From an uncultured Acidimicrobiales bacterium (GTDB lineage: Bacteria; Actinomycetota; Acidimicrobiia; Acidimicrobiales; CAVXTF01), in assembly GCA_963701375.1 (NCBI GenBank), contig CAVOZT010000005.1:277744-341743 (forward strand): a stretch of 64,000 nt of DNA, given 5' to 3'. Below, piece by piece: positions 1-9,890 of the stretch (its first letter is position 1; each line of letters begins with the position of its first letter). The notes under the pieces were generated by a model. That model worked only from the letters and a program-made list of their open reading frames with translations, searched no databases and was not told where the DNA came from. The position numbers were made by a program, and so were the translations under genes.

Positions 1-3000
1 TAATTCCGCTGTAGCGCCGCATTTTCACCTACGGCTTGTGCTGCTCGTTGTACCGACACCGCCGCTGCCGCCGCAAGTGCAGCCGCAGCTGCCGCCGCCG
101 CGTTTGGCGCCGACGTTGCCTGCGGGGCGGCCAAACCCGGTGTTGCGCCGAACAGTTTGGGTGCAATCCTCGTAACACGGGATGCCACTACGTGCGCTAC
201 GGCTCGCACCACGGCGGTAAGCACCGTGACGATTACACGTGCAGCAGCCACGAAGAGGCTGCAGAAGAAGCACCCACCCAGCCCTGAAGGGTCGGTTTGG
301 TTTATCGGATCTCCGGTCGCGTACGCGTATGATTCAGCCGTAGCCGCCAGAGCAGGGTCAACCGTCATCAATTGAGCTGTAGTGGGGTCGTAATAGCGGG
401 CACGAAGGTAGTACAGGGTCGACTCAGAGTCGAAATACTGACCTGCATACAAAAGGTTATTTTGAATCGTTCCCGTGGCATTCGTGGTCTTGCCGTACGG
501 GTCATAGGTGTACGTGTTCTGGACGGTCCCCGAGGAGTCCGTCAGCGCCCTGATCGATCCGAGATGGTCCCGGGAGTAGTAGTAGGTGCTGCCACTCGGG
601 AGAATCTCCTCGATCGGCTGGCCAGTCGGGCCATAGACGTAGCTCGTGGTGTTCCCGCTCGTGGTTTCCTGCAACAAAGCAGGATCGCTTCCGGTGTCGC
701 TCCAGCTGAACGACGTCGTCGTGGTTCCCGTCGTCTTGCTCTGGCGCAGCCCTGTCCCGTCATACTGGTACGAGGTCGGTGATCCGCTGACAGGTTGATA
801 CTGTGTCAGCTGGTTGTAGTCATTATAGGTATAGGTAGTCGGACTTCCGCCCGACGGAGTTGCGACGGTGCGGTCGCCGTTCGCGTTGTATGTATACGTC
901 GTAGCGCCATTGGGAACCGACCCGCATGCTCCCGAGGATGGAGTTCCGACAATCGACCAGCAAAGCTCGTCTGTCTGCCCGGCGTTGGAGTTGAAGCTCT
1001 GCGTTGTGCCGTTGTCCAAAATCAAATTTCCAGTCGGATCATACTTGTATGGGTAAGCGCCAGAGGGCGGGTTGGAGCAATCGTTGGCAGTGCCAGACCC
1101 TGCGTAGCACAGCTGTAGCTTCAAGGTGTACTTGTAGTCGGCGACTGCGGGTGCCTGCGAGCTGTCAGATGCCACGAGGTTATCGGCGTTTCGTGTGTAG
1201 GTTGCGCTGAATATAGGAGTTGAGCCTTGGGCGTCCGAAATCTGCGAGACGTTATTCGCGCCGTCGTACTGATAGGTATTGTTGACCCCGTTGGGAAGAT
1301 CCTCTGTGGTCAGATTGCCATTGTGGTCATACACATAATTGATAGCTCCCGATGGTATCGAGTTGCAGGCGTTGCTTGAGGTCCCAACGTCGGTCCAGCA
1401 TGTCTCGTTGGCGGGATTGAACGCCTGGGTGATAATGAGGCCGGTTGGGTAGGTGATCTTGGTCTCATTGCCATTGGCGTCGGGCGTGTACTGAACCCCT
1501 GCCCCAGCGCCGTTGGTGTAACTGGTCAACTGGTTGAGAACGTTGTACGTCCAGCTCGACGGACCCGTTGAGTCAGTTGCGTCAGTCATCGTCAATCGGT
1601 TGCCGTCGGCATCGTACGTGTACTGGGCGAGGTTGCCCGACGACGGTGCAGAGCTGCAGGTGTTGCTCGAAGCACCGTCGTATGTCCAGCACAGCTTGTT
1701 CGCCGGGTTGTAAGTGCTGGTGATGATCGCGCCAGACGGTTCGGTGACTTGGATGAGGTTGCCATTGGGATCATAGCTATATGCTGTCGATCCGGATTGG
1801 CCTTGGCTACACGTGTTGGGTGAGTTACCACGATACGTCCAGCACTCTTTACCAGCAGAATTATAAGTGGTGGTGCGGTAATTGCCGTTCGGATCTTTGA
1901 CCTGCGTTACATTACCGTTGTTGTCATAGCTATAAACCGTCACGGTTATCCCCGTTCCGCTCGGCGGGCTTGAACAGGTTGGGGTGACTGGTGCAGTACT
2001 GTTCGATGTCCAACACACCTGATTCTTGCTGTCATATGCATTGGCTGTGATGTCACCCATGGCATCGGTCGTGGTCAGGCGATTGCCATTCGCGTCATAG
2101 GTGAACGAGGTCGTGTTGTTGTTAGGGTCCTTGGTCGTGAGGAGGTGGTTGTAGCCGTCGTAGGTGTTCGTCGTCTGATAGGCCGGAGCGCAGCCACAAC
2201 CCGAGACATTGCCATTGGGACTTACGGTAGTGAGCACGTTTCCCATGGAGTCATATGTGAACGTAGTCGTATCGCCAAGAGCGTCAACGCTTGACGTCTT
2301 CTGATTCAATGAGTTGTAGTTGTACAGCGTGGCATTGCCGTCACGATCTGTTGCGGAAGCGACCTGGCCGTCGGCGTTATAAGTCCAGAACATGGCGCCA
2401 GAAGGGATAGGACCACTGCATGGGACCGAAGACGGTGCGGACGAGGTGAGAGTCCAGCATCGCTCCGAGTCGGCGTCATAAGTGTTGGTTGTGTAGTGGC
2501 TCAGAGGATCCTGCACGGTGAGGAGGTTGCCGTCGGCATCGTACGTGTAAATGGTCTTCACGGTGGTGGCGCCGGTCGCACTGGCCGGGCTTGGCGCGGT
2601 AACCGTCAAGACCTCGTTTAGTGCATTGTACTTGTAGGAGGTTGTAGCGCACCCACAACCCGAGGCGTTTCCCACCGGCGTTACTTCCGATTTCTTTCTG
2701 CTCAAGATGTCATAGCTGTACGAGGTTTCGTCTCCTGCAGCGTCGGTGGACGTCTTGACATCGCCGTACGTGTCGTACGTCATCGTCGTCGTGTTGCCAT
2801 CTTGATCCGTGACCGACGTCGGAAGACCGGGATTCGACGAGTCCATATATTGGTAGGAGATCGAACCGAGTGGTGGTGATGTGCATGGGTGAGTCGACGA
2901 TCCAACAAGAGTCCAGCAGAGGTTGCCGCTGGAATCGTAAGTCGAGGTTGTCACGTTGCCGTTGGCATCGGTCTGCGTCAACGGTTCGTTGAGCGAGTTG

Positions 3001-6000
3001 TAGGTGGCCGCGGTGGTGGTCGTGCCGCCCACAGCCGGAATTGTCTCGGTAGCGAGAACGTTGCCGGTCGGGCCAAGCGTGGACCAGGTTGCCGTCAGAT
3101 TCGGAGCCACCTTCTCAGACACGCCTAGCGTCGCCGGGTCATACACGTAACTCGTTGTCGCCGCGGTCGAGGACCCGTATCCGGCGGTGACCGCGGTCAT
3201 AAGCCCATAGGTAAAGGTGTATTGGGTCTCGTGAGTGATCCCGTTGACCGGCGGAGCGGAAACCAGCGTCACATTCTGATTTGGAGCTGGAGATGAATAG
3301 GAATAGGTCGTCTGCCGCGGCAGCGGGTCGGTCACACTCATAACTTTGAACGCCAAGTAGTTGTACTGCGTAAGAGAAGTCTTGTTGTCCTTGTCGCTTT
3401 CGGTTAGCAGTTCATGGTGGCTGTCGTACGTGTAATACACCGAGTTACCGGCAAGATCCTGCACTCGCTTCAAATTGCCGGAGGCATCGTAAAAGTAGTA
3501 CACGACCTGGCCAATTGGATCCTCTATCTGACTGATGTTGTTCCCACTCCATGTTATCGTGAGCGTTCTCGACGATGGATCGGTGATCATCGAAAGCTGT
3601 CCGCTTGTGTTGTAAGTAAACGATGTCGAGTTGTGATTGCGGTCAGACTCCGAGGTGAGTTGGCCTCCCGAGTTGAACGTGTACATGTATCCGTCCCACC
3701 GTTTATATGTCCAGTTCCCGCCCGATGTCGTGAGAGTGGATGCGTTGTATGTTGGAGGTGTCCACGTCGATCCCATTAGGTTGAAAGTGACAGGAGCACT
3801 GGTCTCGTCTGTGATGGTCACGGCGGTCTTGGCACTGTTCTCGACGAGCTTCGTGCCGGTCGCCCCGACAACGACCGCGGACGTCCGGCATGCAGCACCC
3901 ACCCCTGGCGGTGGGCACGGAGCCGCGGTGCCGCCAGGAATCGTCGAAGACCAACCCCACCCGAACGGCCCGTCTATCGCGGACAATCCGGGTTGGTTGG
4001 GCGCTCCTCCGGGCGGAACCAGGGCGCCTGACGGGATAGACCAGCTCCCGTTGTACTGCTCGACGAGCGTTTGGTACGGAGTCGTTGTGTAGTCGCCGAT
4101 CGCCCAGCAGTTCGAGGACGATACGCAAGCGATGCCGTTCAGATCGTTTCTTTGGGAAGGACCGGTGTTGGGCGAGGGGACAATCGTCCACGATGAGCCG
4201 TTGTACTGTTCGATCAGCGTCTGGTCGGAGGATGCTTTCGTAGCGCTGCTGTAGCCGGCGGCCGAGCAATTCGTTGCCGACACGCAAGTCACGGCGTTGA
4301 GGAAGTTGTCCTGAGACGAGCTGGTGTTAAGTGGAAGAGCGAGGGTCCAGCTTGTCCCGTTGTACTGCTCGGCAAGGGTCTGATTGTGAGTTCCGTTGTA
4401 GTAGTACCCCGCTGCGACGCAGTTCGTTGACGAGACGCATGACACACCGTTGAGGTAGTTATCCTGCGTGGAACTAGTGTTTGCTGACCCGAAAAGGCTC
4501 CAACTCCCGTTGTAATGCTCGATGAGAGTCTGATAGTGACTCCCGCTCTGGTAGTATCCGGTCGCCCAGCACTCGGCTGACGGCGTACACGTGACTCCGA
4601 AAAGGAAGTTATCTTCGGTGCTGCCCATGTTGGGTGAGGTAACGATGGTCCAGTTGGTGCCGTTGTACTGTTCGATCAGCGTCTGGTGGTATGACCCAGA
4701 CAGGTAATATCCAACCGCCCAACAGTTGGCTGATGACATGCAGGAAATGCCGTCCAAATAATTGTGCTGGGTGCCACTCTTGTTGGGCGAAGTGAATTTG
4801 GTCCAGCTCGTTCCGTCGTAGTGCTCGATAAGCGTTTGATACTGAGTACCGGCGTAGTAGTACCCCGCAGCCCAACAGTCGATCGAGGAGTCGCACGATA
4901 CGCTATTCAAATAATTATTCTGGGAGGGACTAGTGTTGTCCGACGGAACGATGCTCCAGCTTGTCCCGTTGTACTGTTCGATAAGTGTTTGGTCGTAGCC
5001 TCCCAAATAGTAGTAACCCACCGCCCAGCAGTCGATCGACGAGACGCATGTGGTGGCGGCAAGCCCGTTGTCAGTACCCGCAGTCTGCTGGGGCGAATTG
5101 TATGTCCGAGTCACATTGAGACCAAAGCCGCGACCCGGGACCGCGATGTCCGTTGCCTGCCGATAGAGCACACCAGAATTTACGTTGACCGAGCCGATAA
5201 TGTTCGACGAGGCATCGGGTGACGAAGTGGACGCGTCGCCAATAGCGGAGGAGGCAGACCAGTCCGACTGCGCAACGGTGGTTGGGAGTGGACTTTGATA
5301 GGTGGCCTGATACCAACCCGCGACATCGATTATGACATCGGCCGGAGCGGAGGCATAGATTCGAATTTTCCCATCTGCGCCGATGGGGACAACGGCATCG
5401 AAGCTTGCGATTGCGGAACCGTAAAAGATTTGATCGGCCGTCGAAGGCGGAGCGGCGCCGTCCGGCCACACAATGACAAGCCCAGGCGCCGATGGTGCAA
5501 CGATGGTGACATTTATGGCTACCGCGGTGATTTGCGAAGCTGGCGGAAGACCACTCGGAACTCCACTCCCCGTGACGATCGGATAGGCGATCGAATCTGC
5601 TGATGCGTCTGATCCACCCGGCAGCTTGTTTCCGGAGCAATTGAATCCGCTCGTGCTCGTGTCGCAGGCTCGGTTTACGACTGAAGGAAAGAAGGGTGAA
5701 CCCGCGGGAGTTCAACGCCGTCCCGTCTGTGGTCCATGCGTTCTCCTCGACGACGAGGTTCATGGCACCAGTTACGGACAGATCGACTTCTCCATTACTG
5801 CTATTGACCGGGACGATTACTCGGTTCATTATGTAGTTCGTACCGGTGGCGTTGACATTCGATACTCCGGGTGGCGCTGTGCAGGACGGCGCGCCACAAT
5901 CAGGAAAGACAACTACTATCCCACTTCCACTCGTTGGAAGAGCAGTTACGTCAAGCACCACCGCTTGTACGCCCGAGGAGGGAACACCAACTAGCCCGGT

Positions 6001-8067
6001 CGCCTGGATCTTCAGCGTGGAGCCGGCTGCAAGGACGCCGACGCTGTTGCACTGAGCCTGCGCGCCAGACAAGTTAGAGGGATTTCCTGCTCTTGTATCG
6101 CAGATGCGTTTGGAAGGGGATAAAGCGTTCATCAATCCTGCTGAACTTGCAAGCGGCGTCGTGGGGATATAGCCCTCAAGATCGATCACAAGGTCGGTTG
6201 ACCCGAAGGGCGCCATGCTGTTGTAGACATTGATCGCCCCTGGGATGCCGATGGGTCCTTGACCGAGCGGCACTTCTACGAGATTCGCCACGTCGTTGCC
6301 GGCCGGGAAGTTGTCATTGGAGCCGACGTGTGAAGAAGGGTCATACGCCACGCCAGAGGGAGTTAAGCTAAGTACACCGTCATAAGTCGCGTTTGTGTCC
6401 GTTACATTGACCACTGCCGCTGCGGCATTGATTGGCACTCCGTCATTGTTGTAACCGCCGACTTGAACGGAGGGGGCGGTGTTCGCAGCGATGGCATTGT
6501 CGCTGCTGCTGTAGTTGTTGCACTGGTTGGCCGGCGTGCCCGCTCCCCGAGTGTCGCAGATCCGCACGGGCGTAGCGAGGGGTACATAGGGGCCCGCGTT
6601 TACAAAGAGAAAGGCGCCGGAGGGGCCAGTAGGACTCGTCCCGTGACCAGAGACGGTAACCGTAACGTACACCTCACCTGGGACTTCTGCTGGTGTCGCG
6701 ACCTGCAAGGAGGTGGAGGAGATCACATTCGGAGCCGATGGGCTCGGTGCGGCCCCGAAAGTCACGGTCGTGCTTCCGCCAACGAAATTAGTCCCAGTAA
6801 TAGTGATGATCCCTCCACCCGAGGTTGGTGCAGACTGCGGCGCAACCGCGGCTACCGTCGGCGTGGAAGCCGTAGCGACTACTACCTGGTTGAGTTGCGA
6901 AGACGTGCTCGATCCGTAGTTGCCATCGCCACTGTAGTCGGCCGTGATGGGGAACGTTCCCTGGTTCGGGAAGGTGGTTGTGCATGTCGCTTGGCCAGTA
7001 GCTGAGTTAACCGGAACGGCTCCGCAACCGGCGATCGCGTTCGTTCCGTTGTCGAAGGCAACCGTACCGCTTGGGTTGGATATCGCGGTTTCCCACACCC
7101 ATTGCACTTGGTCCGCGATGGTGTAATGACAGTAGCCATCGTATGGGTGCGTATCGTTCTGGTCTGTAAGAGTGACCACGTACTGTGCGCCCTTGTTGAA
7201 AGGCAGGACGCCAGTGATGTTCGTATAGTTGTTATTGGCGTACGCTTGCTGGTTGAACCCAGCGTTGGTGCCGGAGCCGCCAGCGTAGCTGTAGTTGTAG
7301 ACGGCCCCGGGATTGTAGGCGGTCCAGTACGGGATGTAGACGAAGATGGCGTAGTTGCCGGTCTTCGGGATTGTCACTGTGTAGGTGAATGTCGAGCCCG
7401 ACAATCCCGCAGACCCGCATTCCGGTTCAGTTCCACTGTAGTAGAAGCCATTTGAAGACGTTCCCACACTGCCACAGGAGGGGTCGGGAGGATTCGTGTT
7501 GGAGAAGGTTGGCTGACTGTCACAGCCATTCGCAAAGCCGAAATTGACGCCGCCGGTACCAGTCCCAGTGAAGGATGTCCCCGGCGAGTTTAGGTTTTGA
7601 TTCGGACCAGCCTCAAGCGGAGCAGGATTCGGAAGCGTGCTGATATTGGCCGTGTAAGTAACTTGGTTGCCTGCTACCACGGGATTAGCGGAGGAACTCA
7701 ACGTTGTGGTGGTTGGGTCGTCACCGGCCACCGTGCTGCTTCTTCCATGCGCGCTTTGCATGAGATGGCCCGACGGTGACGGACTTGGCTTTGACGCTGA
7801 CGCGCTCGCCTTCGGCAAAGTTGCGCTCGCCTGTGATGCAGAAGAGAGGGTGCCGAGAAGAATGAGTACTCCAAGCAATGAGCCGTAGAGGCGACGAGAA
7901 CGAACAATCCGGACCCGAGTTGTTACGAAATGCCACAGGGTCCCGCGAGGAGCGTTTGCCGTGCCACGACTCGTTTGCAGCTTCTGTGGTTGGCCGCCGG
8001 GGGGACGGTCGGGATTAGCGGGAAAATTCGGCACTTTCCACGAGCTCTTCTTCGCAACGAAGCGCAT
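1..8067 (-). CDS. Giant secreted RHS/YD-repeat polymorphic toxin-type protein (3'-partial; one frameshift at ~5707)
   Basis: ORF 5071..8178 gives the N-terminus: signal peptide RRLYGSLLGVLILLGTLSSASQASA, Ig-like, IPT/TIG and PxRxCDTR repeats. Removing one base near 5707 joins it to a frame open down to position 1, encoding DUF6531-like, YD repeats and the RHS core LLYAGQYFDSESTLYYLRARYYDPTTAQLMTVDP...PINQTDPSGL (DPSGL at 279-293). Start codon uncertain. Confidence 0.9.
4030..5070 (-). repeat. Seven ~50-aa Cys-containing beta-propeller-type repeats inside the RHS protein
   Basis: Seven copies of CxSxxxCWAxGYY...QTLIEQYNGTSW read by hand in the RHS frame. Confidence 0.85.
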
Positions 8068-8644
8068 CGCACCCGCCTTTCTCCGTCGAACCCGGAGGGC
8101 GATAGGCCCGTCGGGCTCTGCGATCGGCTTAGCACTGTCACGGCGGTTCGTCCAGTGTGACCGACCAACCCGAACCAAGAAGTTGCCGAATCAGCGCCGT
8201 ATGGGTCACGCCCCGTGATCAGTCCGGCAGGTGAAGATGCTGGTTGTCGATTGACGTTTCGCGAGCCGAGGATGCGATGCTTGCGGACGCACGAATATCT
8301 CGGACGAGCGTGGTTGTTCGTCGCCGAACCATCCTCAGCTCACAGTCTCATTTGTTCAAGCGTGGTGGGGGTGGGTGATGCCTCGCTTATGAGAGGCGAG
8401 CCAACTCCAGCTGGAGAGCGCTCCGGTCAATCATGGGCTTCCTGTATGGTGCCACAGCAGCGGTTACGACCCGTTGCGGAATACCACTGGGCGTAAGAGG
8501 CAAGCCGCCAACCAACAAAAAGAGGTCTTCGATATAATCTTCGAGATGCTTCGTGGGAACAGACAGCTTCCCATTAACGCATGATTAGATGAGAAAGGTG
8601 GCGCTCTTGAGATCGAAGGCGTCACACATGGAGGGCTGTTTTGG

Positions 8645-8698
8645 GAGCAGCTGTTTCGTAAACAGCCGGTCGTCAGTTCGAATCTGACCGTCGGCTCC
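8645..8698 (+). tRNA. 5'-truncated tRNA-Thr(CGT) fragment, probable att core
   Basis: Anticodon arm GCTGT-TTCGTAA-ACAGC, T-arm GTCAG-TTCGAAT-CTGAC and 3' acceptor GTCGGCT-CC; no complementary GCCGAC 5' strand upstream. Directly precedes an integrase. Confidence 0.8.
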
Positions 8699-8865
8699 GC
8701 AGCGCAACGCTGACCCACACGAATACAAATTCAACACTTTTCGAGTTTGTGCGACCCGTGCAAAAGCTGTGCACGAGTCACAGCACAGCTTCCCCTAAAG
8801 GGCGGAATCGCCAAGACAGCCGCCCATACTTGTTGTATCAACACCATTTGCTAAGGGTCAGCACC

Positions 8866-9804
8866 ATGAGTGTTCGTGTCGTCTCTGATGCGCCTCGCAC
8901 GACGCCAATCGAACGGCTCGTCGAGGACTACCTAACCAACTGCGCTGCGCGGGGTCTTTCGCCACGCAGCTTTGACAAAGCCTACGGTTACCCGCTGCAC
9001 GCCATCTTCCTTCCGTGGTGTCGATCCGAGGGGATCGAGCACGTTAGAGAACTGGACCGACGAGCAGTGGACCGTTTCAACACATCGCTGCTCCTACATA
9101 GGAAGGTCGACGGGCAGCCGTTGTCCAAGTACTCCGTCCATGCGTACGTCCGCCCGGTGCGCCAGATGCTCGGTTGGGCTAGCGAGCTGGGCGAAGAGGT
9201 CTCTGCCAAACCGGCACTCCCCCGCCGAGAGAAGCCGATACGGGACGTGCTGTCGAGGGAGGAGATCGATCGACTCGAGTCAGTTCTGCCAACCGAACGC
9301 GATCGATTGATCATTCGTATCTTCGGTGACTGCGGACTACGACTCGATGAACTCACCAAGCTCGCAACCGGCGACATCGTCCGTTCCGGTCGTCACGCGT
9401 ACATCCGAGTACTCGGCAAGCGCAGTCGAGTGCGGGACGTTCCGGTCCTGCCCGTTCTGCTGCGAAGACTGGAGCGCCATATCGAACGTCTTCCCGCCGA
9501 CCGGACGGAGGATCGCATCTTTGTCTCGACACGTCGATCGAGGTCGGGCGTGTACGAGCCGCTAACGGATAGCGGTGTCTACAAGGTTGTGACTGATGCA
9601 GTTGCAAGGGCCGGCATGAGCAAGCACGTTCATCCGCACATCCTCCGGCACTCTTGGATGACGGAGATGCTGCGAAACGGGATGAACCCGATCCAGCTGT
9701 CCATCATCGCCGGGGCGTCCCCCGAAGTGATCGCCCAGTGCTACACGCACCTCACCAAGGACGACGCCTACGACGCAATGGTGCGAGTCCTGAGTGGTAG
9801 ATAG
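8866..9804 (+). CDS. Tyrosine recombinase/integrase (short, Xer-like)
   Basis: GLRLDE (R), GKR (K), HILRH and CYTH (Y) motifs; likely start ATG at 8866. Confidence 0.9.
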   Translation: MSVRVVSDAPRTTPIERLVEDYLTNCAARGLSPRSFDKAYGYPLHAIFLPWCRSEGIEHVRELDRRAVDRFNTSLLLHRKVDGQPLSKYSVHAYVRPVRQMLGWASELGEEVSAKPALPRREKPIRDVLSREEIDRLESVLPTERDRLIIRIFGDCGLRLDELTKLATGDIVRSGRHAYIRVLGKRSRVRDVPVLPVLLRRLERHIERLPADRTEDRIFVSTRRSRSGVYEPLTDSGVYKVVTDAVARAGMSKHVHPHILRHSWMTEMLRNGMNPIQLSIIAGASPEVIAQCYTHLTKDDAYDAMVRVLSGR

Positions 9805-9890
9805 GCGCTGAACCGGAGCCAGTGGGTCCAGAGGTTCAACATTCCCCAAAGTGCTTGCTCAGACGCCTACCACCGATTCCTCGGTCCAGG

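Noticed and set aside
25-5222. Many short ORFs on both strands in the ORF track
   Set aside because: Shadow frames of the RHS gene, whose real frame has no stop inside the window.
8060-8170. Possible c-di-GMP/c-di-AMP riboswitch upstream of the RHS gene
   Set aside because: Only a vague GCAGAGCC...GGGCCTA resemblance; conserved stems and tetraloop not found. An Rfam scan would be needed.
8623-8698. Complete tRNA-Thr gene
   Set aside because: No 5' acceptor strand or D-arm; treated as an att fragment.
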